Shown piece by piece: positions 43,905-59,899 of a DNA stretch of 64,000 nt (positions are counted from its first letter, which is position 1; every line of letters starts with the position of its first letter). The position numbers and the translations under genes were made by a program. Origin of the DNA: the human T2T-CHM13v2.0 reference genome, Homo sapiens. Location: NCBI RefSeq assembly GCF_009914755.1, contig NC_060939.1; one strand, 5' to 3'. Below the pieces are notes generated by a model, which did not search any database, was not told the DNA's origin, and saw only the letters and a program-made list of their open reading frames with translations.

Positions 43905-46900
43905 AATCCCTGCGATATGTGTAGTGACTTCATACTTCACCTCCCCGGATATTACGGCCAATATCAGAGTGGAGTATGCACCCCCTGCAATATGGGGAGT
44001 GATATCATCCTCTCCCCACTGGATGTTATGGACAATATCACAGGAGGTTTACTTTCTCTGGGTTATGGGGAAAAATATCCTCCTGTCCCCGCCTGGATGT
44101 TAGACATATTTAGAGGGGGTTGTCCACCCCCTGTGATATGGGGAGTAGTAATATCCTCTCCTGCCCTGGATGTTATGGACAATATATAGGGAGATGTACA
44201 ATCCCTTCGATATGGGGAGTAATATCATCCTCTTCCCCCTAAAAGTTACGAACAATATCACAGGGGGGTGTACACCCCCTGCAATATCTGGAGTAGTATC
44301 ATCCCCTCCTTCCCTAAATGTTACAGAGACTATCACAGGGGTGTGTACACCTTCTGAAACATGGGAATAATATTCTCTTCCCCTCTGGATGTTATTTTGG
44401 ACAACATTACAGCCGTGTGCACCCTCTATGATATGCAGAGTAATATCATCCTCTCCCCCCCGGATGTAAGTGACAATACCACAAACGGGTTTACATCCCC
44501 TGTGATATGGGGAGTAATATCATCCTCTTTCCCACTGGATATTAACAATATCACTTGGGGATGTACAACCCCTGTGATATTCGGAATAATATCTTCTAAT
44601 CCACTGAAAATTATAAACAATATCACCAGTATACACTCCCTGTGATATTGGAAGTAATATCATCCTCTAATCCCCTAAAAATTATGAACAGTATCACAGG
44701 GGAGTGTATACTTCCTACTATATTGGGAGTAATATCATCCTGTCGTCTTCTAAATATTATGAACAATATTACAGGGGATGTAACACTCCCTGCGATATGT
44801 GGAGTAATATCATCCTCTCCTTCCCTAAATATTGTGAACAATATCACAGGAGGTTGTACACAATCTGCGATATTGTTTGTAGTATCCAGTGGGAAAGAGC
44901 ATGCTATTACTCCCCATATCACAGGGGGTGTACACCCCCACTGTGATATATTCAATAACATCCAGAAGTAATATTACTGACAAAATTGCAGGGGGTGTAA
45001 ACCCCACCTGTGATACCGTTCCTAATATCCCGGGGAAGAGAGGATGATATTATTCCCAATATTGCAGGGGGTGTACACCCACCCTATGATATTGTTATTA
45101 ATACCCAGGAGGGGAGACAATGGTATTACTCACAGTATCAAAGAGGTTGTACAGCCCCCCTGTGATAGTTTCTAATATCCAGGGGATGTATACCACCCTT
45201 GTGATATTGTTTCTAATATGTAGGGGGAAGGACAATGATATTACTGTCCGTATCACAGGGGGTGTACAACAAGCCCCCCGGGATATCATTCCTAATATCC
45301 ATGGGAAGAAAGAATATTATAATATCACAGAAGTTGTAAACCCCCTCTGTGATATTGTTCCTAATATCAAAGACAGAAGGGTATGATGTTCTTCCCAAAA
45401 TCACAGGAAGTGTATACACACCCTGTGCTATTTTTCCTAATATCGAGAGTGAGAGACAATGATACTTCCAATATCGTAAGGAGTGTACACTCTCCCCGTG
45501 ATACCAGGTGGGGAAATGTTGATATTACTCCAAATGTCACAGTGGGTGTACACACGTTTTGCGATATTGTTCCTAATATCAAGTGGGGAGGAGGATTGTA
45601 TTACTCCCACCATATTACTCCCCACACCCCATTATACTGTTCTTAATATCCAGATTTGGAGAGGATGATATTACTCCCAAAATCTCAGGAGGTGTAGACC
45701 CCTTCTGTGATACTGTTTCTTATATCCAGGGGAAGACTAGATGATAGTACTCCCAACAGTGCAGGGTGTTACACGCCACCCCCCATGATATTGTCTCTAA
45801 TATCAAGTTGGGGAGAGGGTGATATTGCTCCAAATAGTGTAAAGGGTGCACACCAGCACTGTGATATTATTCCTAGTATCCAGAGAAGGAGAGAATGGTA
45901 TTATTTTTAATATCACAGAGGGTGCACACCCCCCTTGTGATACTGCTCCTAACATCCAAGGGGTAGAGGATGAAATTACTCCCAATATCACAGTGGGTAT
46001 ACAACCCCCGTGGTATTGTTCCTAATATCCAGGGGGTATAGGACGATAGTACTATAAATATCGCAAGGGGTGTACACCCCTTCTGTTATTGTTACTAATA
46101 TCCGTGGGGGGAGTCGATGATATTACTTCCAATATCACAGGGCATGTACACCCCACTTGTGATATTGTTCCTAATATCCTGGGAGGAGACTACGATATTA
46201 CTGGCAATATCGCAGGGTGTGTGCATTACCGTGATATTGTTCCTAATGTCCAGCAAGGGAGAAAATATTACTCCCAATATGGCGGGGATGTACACTTCCC
46301 ATGCGATATCGTTCCTAATATCCATGGGGGAAAAGGATGATATTACTCTAAATGGCGCAGGAGGTGTAAACCGCCCCTGTGATATTGTTCTCAATATCCA
46401 TAGGGGGAGAGAATGATATTACTCCCAATATCACAGGTGGTGTACACCCCTCCTTTTATATTATTCCTAATATCCAGGTTGGGAGAGAATAATATTACAG
46501 GTAAAATAGCAGGGGGTGTACACTCTGCCTGTGATATTGTTCCTAATATCCCAGGGAAGAGTGGACAATATTACTCTCAATATCACAGGATGTGTACACC
46601 CCCTTTGTGATATTGTTCCTAATATCCATAGGCGGAGAGGGTGATACCACTCCCAATAGTGCAGAAAAGGTACAGCCCCGCTGTGATATCATTCCTAATA
46701 TCCAGAGGGGACAGGATGATATTACTCCCAATATCAGAGAGGGCATACACCCCCTCCCCATGATATTGTTCATAATACCCAGGGGGTAGAGGATGATATT
46801 ACTCCCAATATCGCAGTGGGTGTACACCCACCCTGTGATATTGTTCCCAATATCCATGTGGAAAGGGTATAAAGTTACTCCCAATATCACAGGGGTTGTA

Positions 46901-47755
46901 CAACCCCCTTGTGATATTGTTCCTTATATTCGGGGGAGAGACAATGATATAGCTGTCCATATTGCAGATGGTGTACCACCCCCTGGGAATTTGTTCCTAA
47001 TATTCAGTGGGAAAGATGATATTAATTAAAATGTCACGGGGGGTATACAACCCCTTTGTGATATTATTCCTAATATCCAGGGAAAGAAAGAATATTATTC
47101 CCAATATCGCAGGGGATGTACACCCCTCTCTGATACTCTTTCTAATATCCCTTTGGGGAGTCTATAATATTACTGGCAATATCATAAGGAGTGTATACCC
47201 CCCGTTATATTGTTCCTTATGTCCAGCAAGGGAGAAAATATTAATCCCAATATGGAACAGGGTGTACACACCCATGAGGTATTGTTCCTAATATCCAGGG
47301 AGGGAAAGGATGATATTACTCCCAATGTTGCAGTGGTGTATAACCCCCCGTGATATTGTTCCTAATATCTAGGTGAGGAAAGTACAGTATTACTCCCAAT
47401 ATAGCAGGGGTTGTACACCACCTTTGTGATATTGTTCTACATATCCATGGGGAAAGAAAATGATAGTACTCCCCAATATCACAGGTGGTGTACAACCCCT
47501 TGTGATACTGTTTCTAATATCCATGTTGGGGGAGGATATTACTCCCAATATTGCACGTGTTGCACAGACCCCCTTTGATATTGCTTGTACTATGCAGGGT
47601 GTGGGGGGAGAGGATGATATTGGGAGTAATATCACCCTCTCTCCCCGGATAGTAAAAGCAATATTCAGGGTGGTCGACACTTCCTGCACTATTGAGTATA
47701 ATATCCTCTCCCAACCTGGATATTAGGAACAATATCACAGGGGCATGTACACTCC
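43905..47755. repeat. SATR1/SATR2-type satellite, right block
   Basis: Same ~72-76 bp unit (e.g. unit starts at 46161, 46233, 46305, 46381); orientation flips at ~44857 and ~47618. Confidence 0.88.
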
Positions 47756-48104
47756 CTTCCTTTCACCATATACAAAAATCAACTCAAGATGGATGAAGGA
47801 CTTATGTAAGACCCAAAACTATATAAACCCTAGAAGAAAACTTAGGAAATATCATTCTGGACATAGACGCAGGCAAATATTTCATGATGAAGATTCCAAA
47901 GCAATTGCAACAAGAAGAATTGACGAGTGGGACCTAACGAAACTAAAGAGCTTCAGCACAGCAAAAGAAACTATCAACAGAGAACACCCTACAGAACAGA
48001 AGAAAATATTTTCAAATTACATATCTGAAAAAGGTCTAATACTTAGCATGTATAAAGAATCAATAAGCAAAAAACAAACCCACTACAAATAGGCAAAGAA
48101 CATG

Positions 48105-48217
48105 AGCCCCCACATTCACCATCCTCAAGTCCATGTGCAACTTCTTTCTGGATGCTGGACAAGGACTTGGGTACCAAGAGGGCACTGAACGGGTTAACAC
48201 TTAAGCCATCTGTGGAT
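48105..48217 (+). repeat. ~113-bp diverged copy of LTR segment 48824-48940 inserted in the L1
   Basis: AGCCCCCACATTCACCATCCTCAAGTC...TCTGTGGAT occurs twice. Confidence 0.9.
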
Positions 48218-48409
48218 TCTATTTTCAAAAGACAACGTATGTATGGCAAACAACCATATGAAAAAATACTCAACATCACTAATCATCAGAAAATCAGAAC
48301 CATGAGATACCATATCACACCGGCCAGAATGGCTATTATTAAAAAATCAAAATATAACAGACGGTGCCGAGTTTGTGGAAAAAAGGGAATGCTTATACAC
48401 TGCTGGTGG

Positions 48410-49164
48410 TGATATAGAAAGGAGACAGGGAAATACTGGGTAGAAGAGAGTGGTTCCCTGGCAAAGCCCTGCCCACAAGCCTGGAAACCCATGGCCCTAA
48501 ATGGGAACAGGCATTCCTGCTTTTGCACCCAAAAGTTGTCTTTCAGCTCACCATGCAACCCCTGTCCTGTACCCATATATGCCCCAGACCCCAGGCTCCA
48601 GAAGCAGACAAGCAGATGAGGAGATGAACAGAAGAGCAGAATTGCAGAATGATGTGGCAGAAAGAAGAGAAGGAGCATCTGAATGCCAAGAGGAGTTTGG
48701 CTGGCAGTGGTTGGAGAGATCAGCCTCTGGATGGCAAAGCTCCCAGGGAAGATCATCTTCCCATTCCATCCCCTTTCCAGCTCCCCATCCATCCCATTGA
48801 CTGCCACCTCCACCACTCAATAAAGCCCCCACATTCACCATCCTCAAGTCTGTGTGCAACTTAATTCTTTCTGGATGCTGGACAAGGAACTGGGTACCAA
48901 GAGGGCACTGAACAGGTTAACACTTAAACCGTCTGTGGATGGCAAAGCTAAAAGAGTGCACTGTAACACATGCCCACTTGGGCTGTGGGAGTCGCAGGAA
49001 CCCACCCCTAAGACAGTACCATGGCCACTTGCCCTGCCTATTGCAACTGCCTGTCTGCATGCTCCCCTGCCCAGTAAGGGGTTTGACAGCAAACACGGTG
49101 GCCAGACAAGCCACACCCCTGTTGCACATCCTGCCAAGGGGAGTCAGGGAACTCTCCAGTTTCA
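48410..49164 (+). mobile_element. Solo LTR1-family (ERV1) LTR
   Basis: TG...CA termini (TGATATAGAAAGGAGACAGGGAAATACTGGGTAGAAGAG ... GGGAACTCTCCAGTTTCA), AATAAA at 48819; splits the L1 motif TGCTGGTGG|GAATGT. Confidence 0.85.
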
Positions 49165-51269
49165 TCAGGAATGTAAATTTGTTCAGCCATTGTGGAAAGC
49201 AGTTTGGAGATTTCTGAAATAACTTAAAACAGAACTACCATTCAACCCAGCAATCCCATTATTGGGTATATACCCAAAGGAATATAAATCATTCTGTCAT
49301 AGACATATGCATGCATATTTTCATTATAACACTATTCACAATAGCAAAGACACGGAATCAACTTAGATGCCTGTTAACAGAAGACTGGATTAAAAAAATG
49401 CAGCGTACATACACCATGGAATACTACACACCTATAAAATAGGATGAAATGATGTCTTTTGCAGCAACATGAATGGAGCTGGAGACCATTATTCTAAGTG
49501 AATTAATGCAGGAACAGAAAACCAAACAAACACTGCATGTTCTCACTTATAAGTGGGGGCTAAACATTGAGTCCACATGGACACAGAGAAAGGAACAATA
49601 GACACAAGGTCTACTGTGGGTGGAGGGTGGGGGGGAGAGTGAGGATCAAAAAACTCCCTATTAGATACTACGTTCACTACCTGGATGACTACCTAATCTG
49701 TACACCAAATCCCATTGACACACATTTTACCCATATAATAAACCTGCACATGTACCCGCTGAACCTAAAATAAATGTTGGAAGGAAATAAAGTTACAACC
49801 AACTCTTGTACTATTGTGAGGAAACAATCATATGAGTTGACAAAAAATCAGCTACTAATAGATTTATAATAGTATATATGTAGCAGAAAAATATCAGATA
49901 TAACTTATATACCCAAAAGTATGACTTAAAAACAGCATGACAATCTTTATGATGGGATATTGTGCAACTACTAGAAGCACATTTTCAGAGATTATTTATT
50001 AACATATGATAATGACTACATTGAGTGGTTTTTAGAAGCATGAATTGAAACCATGTATAAGCATGAATTTATTGAACTTATATATAACATTACACACACA
50101 TTTACATAATTATAAAATAAGTATGCTCATGTTCATAATATGTATTTATTTATATTCATATGTAAGGCCAATAGGAAGTAATCTCTGTATCTGAGTTATT
50201 ATTTCATAAATAATTTATGCTTGTTCTGTGAAAATACAAACACTGCTATGGATCTTCCAAGTATCCTGAAAGGATACCGTTTATAATTAAACAATAACAA
50301 TTTTAGAAATAATTATTTTAAATAAGGCTATGATAAATCTGGTTTCATTGCACACTTTAACTTTGGAACATTTCATGAAGCGTCCCTTGATCACGACTCT
50401 CATATTCAGGAGTTTTTTGAGATCAAAATGGGACAATCAGTATGAATCTATTTTTTAGACATGCAAATGGATAACTTTAAATAGCAGTAGCGATATAATC
50501 AGAGTGCACAGTTGCTCTGGGACAAAACTTGGAAATGAGCATATTTTTAGATTCTTAATGTTTTACACACTTTAGCATTCCACAGCACCATTACATACTC
50601 ATTTTTCTACTAGAATACCTTGGTAAAAATTCACAGTAGAGATCAGGCTTGTCCTTCATACATTAACTAATCAAGTAGGAAACTGCAAATGAGAACACAG
50701 TGCCAAACATAGGCACCACATGGAAACAAGCATGGAACTGCCAGGAAGCCATTTTTGTAGCTTTGTAGCCCAATTATATTTTTCCTAATGTATTGCACAC
50801 AAAACTTGGGGGAAAAAAAAGAGGCAGAGAGAAAACAGGTTATATCAGCCCTATCTCACAATCCACAAGTTCATCCTATTAGAGGAGTAACTATGTAAAA
50901 CAAATTTTATCTGTTGAATGTCCTATTTAGTTAATCGCAAAACTGTATGAGAACACACTTGTGACTTATTTAGCAGCTTGTTTTTTCGCTTTCCACTGGC
51001 TTCACAAATGTCCTTTGGAAATAGAATGTGCATTTGGAACCTTGTACACCTTTTCTTTCTCCAGTACCCTGTTGTCACTTCCATCACTAAGGTGACAGAA
51101 GCAACTAGGGGCAATGCATTTGTAGCACCCCTGGGTCAGAGGTATCCTCCAGGGGAAGGATCAGACCTGCTTGAAAGCATGTCGTTGGAATTGGGAGGCT
51201 TCTAGTAGCTATAACATAAGCACTGATGTTTACTGTTCCCTGCCCTCCACTTTGATCACTCTGGGAAAC

Positions 51270-51620
51270 GTTTTTTTTTTTAAAAATCAATTGTATTGAA
51301 ACATAATTTACATAAAATAAATACTATTTTAAAGTGTACAGTTTGCTGAGTTTTGCCAGATGTAACCATCCAGGTGAATAAAATTGATTAAACTGATCTT
51401 TCAAATAATAAATTAACTTTGCAATCTTGCTAGAAATTTAATTTGTTCACAGTTTATTATCCATTCTATGTACTGCTACATTCAATTGGTTATTATGTTT
51501 TAAGGACTTTTGAGTCTATGTTTATGAGGGATAAACATCAAAGTTGTATAATGCCTTTGTCTCGATTTGGAATCGGCAATACTGGGTTCATAAAATAAGA
51601 CAGGAAGTGTCCCTTTAAAT
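51270..51620 (-). mobile_element. Old L1M fragments
   Basis: TTGAAACATAATTTACATA...TTTTAAAGTGTACAGTT; TCTATGTTTATGAGGGATA...GTTCATAAAATAAG. Confidence 0.6.
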
Positions 51621-51933
<313 letters not shown>

Positions 51934-51977
51934 TTAAATTCTATTTCTTAAAAAGAGTCCGTTCAAGATTGATATTA

Positions 51978-52323
51978 TAGATACTCCTCAACTTACAATT
52001 GTCTTATGTCTTAATGAACTCATCCTAAATTGAAAATATTGTAAGTCTAAAACGCATTTAATATATTTAACCTACTGAATATCATGACTTAGCCTCACCT
52101 ACCTTAAACTTGCTCAGAACACTTACATTATCCTACAATTGGGCAAAATCATCTACCACAAGGCCCATTTTAAAATATTCAGTATCTCATGAAATTTATT
52201 GAAAACTATACTGATAGTGAAAAACTGGTCATATTGATGCTCATCATTAATGTACACAGATGAAAGCACCATTATCAAGTCAGAAGAGCACAAGTCAAAC
52301 CACTGTAAGTTGAGGATTCTCTG
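51978..52323 (+). mobile_element. MER47A (Tigger) DNA transposon
   Basis: AGATACTCCTCAACTTACA ... TGTAAGTTGAGGATTCTCTG terminal inverted repeats with flanking TA. Confidence 0.8.
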
Positions 52324-52329
52324 TACTTT

Positions 52330-54330
52330 CTTAAATGTTTGATAGAATTCACCTAAGAAAGCATGTAGCCTATAATTATAGAAATCTTTTTAAATTAAAA
52401 AAATTCTTCAATACATAGAGAAGCTATTACTTTTTCTATTTCATTTTGCATCCGTTTTAGGAATTAGTTTTACAAATAATTTCCCATGTTATTTTAATTG
52501 TCAAATGTATTGGCCTAAAGTTTTCATAATTATATTGATGTCTGTAGGTTCTGTAGTTACATCCTCTATTTAATTCCCATTATCTACATTATGTAGCTTC
52601 TCTAATTTTTTTCGAGATAAATCTTGCTAGCCATTGTTTATTAAAAAAATTTTTTTCAAAGAACCAATTTGTGGGTATATTAATTAGCTCCACCTTTTGT
52701 TATTTGCTATGTTGTTGGTTTACATTTTTATCTTTATCATCTTCCTTCTTCTTAATTTGGATATACTTTGCTCATTTTTTAGCCTCTTAAAAAAGAACCT
52801 AAAGGTCATTGATTGAAGCCTTTTATTTTCAATATATTACATCTATAAATGTACCTTTAAGAAACGATTTATCTGCATCCCACATTTTATTAAGTTTTTA
52901 AAAAATTTTCTTTCAGTTTAAACTATTTTTTTGTGTGTGAAACTTTTCTTGGACAATGGGTTTTTCTGAAGTATTTTGTTTAATGTCCAAATGTTGGGGT
53001 GTTATTGTACATATCCTACTGTTGTCCATCTCTGGTTCATGATACAATGCATGTTCTCCATTGCACTTAGATAACATGCCTCCATGTCTCTGGAGAATTC
53101 CTCAGTCTTTCTAAAATGCTTTTGATGAATACTGGCAGTTATTTTGTAGAATGTCCCTCCTCAATTTCAGTTAGTCTGATGTTTTCTCACGGTTAGGACT
53201 AAAGTTATACATTTTGTCTAAGAATACCATAGAATTGATGTTTTGTCCTACTCAGTGCATCATATAAGAAGTTACATGAAGTTCATTTATCTTATTATTA
53301 GTAATGTTAACTTTGATCACTTGGGTAAGTTGACATCTCCACTTTGAAGTTACTATTCTATAATTATCTTGTGGGAAGATACTTTCATATTATGCAAATA
53401 TGTTCTTTCCCAACATATATTCACCACTAATCTTAGCATCCCTCCAAGGTTCTTTCTTGCAACAATTATTACTATGATATTTGCAAAGTGATGATTCTTA
53501 TATTGTATGTCTCCTACATTTAATGAAATCTTACTGTAATAAAATACTACCCATTCTCAATCTTTGGTTTATTATTTATGTCAATATGGATTTTTTTTTT
53601 TTGAGTTGGAGTCTTGTTTTGTCATCCAGGCTGGTGTGCAATGGTGCGATTTCCACTCACTGCACTTCCACCTTCCGGGATTCAAGCCATTCTCCTGCCT
53701 CAGTCTCTGGAGTAGCTGGGACTACAGGCATGTGCCACCATGCCCGGCTAATTTTTGTATTTTTAGTAGAGGCAGGGATTCACCACATTGGTCAGGCTGG
53801 TCTCGAACTCCTGACCTCAAGTGACCTGCCCGCCTCTGCCTCTCAAAGTGCTGGGAATACAGGCATGAGCAACCGCACCCGGCCTGGATTAATTGAAAAT
53901 TTTCTTCTGTAGATTGTAATATATTACTATTGTTATCTATTTTATTGCCCCAATTTTCTCAAATTTGGCTATGGAAGTTTATTCAAAGTGGATCTGTTTC
54001 CCTTTCACATTTTCCCCATTTTGTGAGCATTTCCTTACTGCCTAACATGACAAAATATTTCAAACTAATCTTGTATTTTCCCTGCCCAATCCTGATATCA
54101 AATATGTCCCCAAGGAGCCTTGGTTCCTTTAATTGGAGAATGGTGTTCTCATTGTTACTGGGATGATGTTGTTTCTAGGCCCTTTTGTTAGAGGAGCTAG
54201 AAAATATATGTATGTATACTCACACATTTATACACATCTGTACTTATTTATACAATTATCCATCTGTACGTATACTAAAAACAATGATTTCATGAAGCTT
54301 TTGATCCCAATCCAACACTAGATAAAGACT
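52330..54330 (-). mobile_element. Old L1M (L1MC/ME) fragments, interrupted by an Alu
   Basis: GATAGAATTCACC, TTTCAAAGAACCAA, GGCAGTTATTTTGTAGAATGTCCC, ATGTTAACTTTGATCACTTGG, TCTTGTATTTTCCCTGCCC. Confidence 0.65.
53590..53884 (-). mobile_element. AluS
   Basis: Full dimer; TGGATT in both flanks. Confidence 0.9.
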
Positions 54331-55208
54331 ATATAGGCCCATTTATTTGCAAATCAGCACATAAACATAGAAGAATTATTAACAATATAAGCTGTAGCTT
54401 ATGCTAAATGTTGGTTGGAACAGACAATAAGTTATGGAGAACTTCAGAGGACACTAAGGTTGGATGGGATTTTGGAAGTTGTGCAGGTCAATGCCACTCC
54501 AGCTATTGGCTGAGTTTCACTAGGTTAATACATGAACAACAACAAAAATAACCTAGATCAGAAGTTGAAGATCATTTTATTGACTATCTGCCGTGTCTGT
54601 GCCATTGCAGTGTACTAGGTGCACTTACGAGTCCTCTACTTACAAACTGCTTTTCACAAAATATGAAACTCCAGGCAAAGGTTCAGACATACGACGTTTG
54701 TTTTTAAAATCTTTCTACAGCCTTGTATCCTTTTTCCTTTCCTTCCTTTTACCCTTTTTAAAATGTGTTATGAGTTTTATCTTAGACTAACATCATCTGT
54801 AATGTTGATATACGCCAGTATTCAGTTGCTGTGTTTGATGAATCATAAAATGGTGTAAAACTTCAATTAGTGTACTTTTTAAATAAAGTATCTATGAATG
54901 CATCCAGCAAAATGTTTATGATTTGAGTATTCACAAAATATTACTTTTCTCTGGATCTAACAATAATGTGAAAACCCAAAATGAATATAAAATATTAGCT
55001 AATAATAGATTTCAAAGTATTCTACAAGTATGAAAAATATATGATATTGTTACTTTCATATATGTAAAACATTAATCATTTTTGTCAACATAAACATCAT
55101 CTTTACACCTAAACTTGTATTAATTCAATTAAGAGTTAATATAGTATCCTAAAGTCATCAAATATTCAAAAATAGGATGTATTCTGACTTGGAATATACA
55201 TAAAATTA

Positions 55209-55580
<372 letters not shown>

Positions 55581-56223
55581 TTACAGAATACCTAATAATC
55601 CTGAGTTTGGTTTTCCTGGTTTTATTTTTTCATTTAGTTTTGTTCACTTTGACCAGTGGGCTGGTGGTTCTTAGGTGCACCAAGGTTTTCATTTTTCAGT
55701 TCAAGATTTTAAAACCTTAATGTGGTAATTTCTCTAATTTTTTTGACAGTTACGTCCCAGGTTGCAAGTTAAAATAAAATTCCCATTTTACTAAAGTCCT
55801 TGGTTTTATTAATGATTTTATAATGACTTAATATATAATTTAATGAGTAATGAGGGGTACTACATTTCAGAAATCAACACTGAAGAACTTATTCATGGAA
55901 CCAAACACCACCTGTTTCTCAAACATCTATTAAAATAAAAATACATATAAATAATTTTTCAAAACAAACACTAAAAATAAAGTGAAAATGAAAAAATATA
56001 TATCCAGGTTAAAAAAAAAACTACTTCAATTAAACAATAAATACTTTTTGGGGGGACTCAACTCTACTACAAAATTATTCATTGTTTATTATAATCAATA
56101 ATACAGGTAAAAGAATAAGTTTTTAAAAATGGAAAAATTGTAAAAAATAAAACGATATTAACAAATATTGGTATACTGGTGAAGGCCGGGCTCAGTGGCT
56201 GCTTTCCAAAGTGGTTACACCAG

Positions 56224-56515
56224 TCGAGCATGGTGGCACACACCTGTAATCTCAGCACTTCCGGAAGCTGAAGCAGGCAGATCACTTGAGCTCAGGAGTT
56301 TGACACAAACCTGGGCTACATGACAAAGCCCCATTTCTACCAAAAACTGTAAAAATCAGTTGCACATGATAGCATGCACCTGTAAGTCCCAGCTACTTAG
56401 GAGGCTGAGGTGAGAGGATCACTTGTGCCTGGAAGGTCACAGCTGCACTGGCCATGTCCATGTCACTGCACTCCAGCCTGGGCAACAGAGCAAGATTTTG
56501 TCTCAAAAAAAAAAA
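56224..56515 (+). mobile_element. AluJ
   Basis: Diverged dimer. Confidence 0.85.
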
Positions 56516-57297
56516 GTTGGTGACAATTGGAATAATTGGAACTCACATACATTACTGGTGGGAACATAAAATGGTGTAATCAATTTGGGTGTTTTCTTGG
56601 CATTTGATTTTTTTAAAAAATCAAGACATTGTTTCCCTATGTTGCCCAGGGTTGTCCTGAACTCCCGAGCTAAGAAAATCCTCCAAACTCAGCGTCTCAA
56701 ATACCTGAGATTAAAGGTGTGAGCCACTGTGCCTGACCAGTGTAACCACTTTGAAAAACAACGTGGCAGTTTCTCAAAGACTAAATGTATAGTAATCACA
56801 TAATGCAACAATTTCACTCCTGAGTGTAAATCCAAGAGAAATAAAAAAATATGTTCACACTAAAACTTACGTACGAGTGTTCATAGCAGCCTGACTCATG
56901 ATGGTGAATACGCAAAAACAACACAAATGTCCATCAACTAATGAATGGATAGACATAAACTATTACTCAGCTACAAAAGGAAAGAAATCCGGATACACAC
57001 TATAACATGAAAGATATTTGAAAACATTCTGCTAAGAGAAAAAAAAGCAAAGTACAAAAGATCACACATTGTACAATTCTATTTCTATAAAAGGTCCAGA
57101 TTAGGCAAAACTACAATGACAGAAAATAAATCAGTGGTTGCCTATGAACATGGGGTATGTAGGAGGTAGCGGCTAAGAGGTGAGGGTTTCTCACTCATAA
57201 GTGGGTAACTCACAAGTGGGTAATCACTTCTAAGAAAGACTGTGGTGATGGATGCACAGCTCCTTGAATATTCTAAAAACCACTCAATTGTATACTT
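56516..57297 (+). mobile_element. L1ME/MB 3' end with a nested antisense FLAM (~56608-56738)
   Basis: GGAACTCACATACATTACTGGTGGGAAC, CCACTTTGAAAAACA, AATGTCCATCAACTAATGAATGGATA; Alu monomer inside, flanked by GTGTAA. Confidence 0.75.
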
Positions 57298-57601
57298 TCT
57301 TTTTTTATTTAGTTATTTAAAGGCAGGGTCTCCTTTTGTCACCCATGCTGTAGTGCAGTGGTGCCATCTGGTCTCACTGCAACCTATGGCTTCTGGGCTC
57401 AAGTGATCTTCCAGTCTCATGTCCCCAAGTAGTTGGGACTACAGGCATGAGCCACCACACCCAGCTAATTTTTGTATTTTTGCTAGAGATGCTGTTTTGC
57501 CATGTTGCCCAGGCTAGTCGCAAACTCCTGAACACAAGCGATCCAGCTGCGTCAGCTGCCCAAAGTCTTAGCGTTATAGGAATTAGCCACTGCACCTGGC
57601 T
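57298..57601 (-). mobile_element. AluJ
   Basis: Dimer; AATTG(T/C)(A/G)TACTTT in both flanks. Confidence 0.85.
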
Positions 57602-57674
57602 TGAATTGCGTACTTTGATAAATGAATTGCATGATACGTTAATCATATTTCAATAACGTTATTATTTTAAAAAT

Positions 57675-58310
<636 letters not shown>

Positions 58311-58605
58311 TTATCAACTTCTGAGAGTAATCAACATTCAGGAGGAACAGAGAAGAACAAAAGACCACTGAATGGTTGAGGGTGGGTTGTTGGTTAGGTT
58401 CAGTGGCCAGCTGAGTAGTATCTGAAAAATTCATTAGTAAAATTATGGCACTAGGGGTGAGTCATGCAGTCGAAGGATGAATACTAAATCCAGTACAAAC
58501 ACCCATGGTCTTTCTTTACATGAATTCCAGTGAAAATTTTCTAAGTGCCTAAAATAGCAAGCGGTCTGAAATGATGGCAGCAGTTTATTAAAGACTGAAA
58601 AAAGA

Positions 58606-59079
<474 letters not shown>

Positions 59080-59364
59080 TTAAAAAGCTAATTAGAAAAA
59101 GAATTAATTATAGAACCAATAAGAGGTTTGAATAGTTACAAGCTATTCAAAGGAGAATTCAAAAAAACCACTCAGGTATGAGGCCATAAAGTATGATGAA
59201 ATAAATTTCATTAATATATTTTAAAATAAACTGATTAGACAGGCAACAACACCTGGGCACGGGTCTCCTCATCTCCAGCAACACAAACCCAATCACGCAG
59301 CTATGGGGTTGCAAAGGCTGCATAGTGACAAACAGACTGCTCTGAGCTGAGATTTCTTTACTTT

Positions 59365-59800
59365 TATCTGTATTCTGAGACCGGGTCTCACTCTGTCACT
59401 CTGGCTGCAATGCAGGGGTGCACTCATAGCTAACTGCAGCCGTGACGTCCTGGGCTCCGGGGATCCTCCTGCCTCACCCTCAACATAGCTACGGCTACAG
59501 ATGAACACCAAAACACCCAGCTAATTTTTTTTTTGTAGAAAGAGGAGCCTTGCTATGTTGCCCAAGCTGGCCTCAAACTCCCGCCCTCAAGAGATCTGCC
59601 CACCTCAACAACCTAAGTAACAGGTTCTACAGGAAAATACCACTATGCCGGGATAATTATATTTTATTAATTTTTATTTGCATAGACAGGAGGTCTTGCT
59701 GTGTTGCCCAGGGTGGTCTCAAACTCCTGGACTCAAACCATTCTCCCATCTCTGCCTCCCAAAGTGCTGAAGCTACGGGCATAAGCCACTGCACCTGGCC
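59365..59800 (-). mobile_element. Three-monomer AluJ-type element
   Basis: Three consecutive Alu arms separated by T-rich linkers. Confidence 0.7.
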
Positions 59801-59899
59801 CGACTTAAGATTTCTGTAATCTAGCATCCCATACTTCATATAATTGGGAAAAGCAGTAGTGTTTTTTTTTTAAATTACTTAGTATTTCAACAAGAATCA

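Larger units (their letters stand above)
47756..49790 (+). mobile_element. Older L1PA/L1PB 3' portion (ORF2 end and 3' UTR), interrupted by LTR1 sequence
   Basis: SPYTKINSRWMKDL...WDLTKLKSFSTAKETINR; resumes after 49164 with GAATGTAAATT and ends AACCTAAAATAAA. Confidence 0.9.

Noticed and set aside
48286-48816. 176-aa and overlapping ORFs
   Set aside because: They lie in the solo LTR and L1; I recognise no gag, pol or env motifs.
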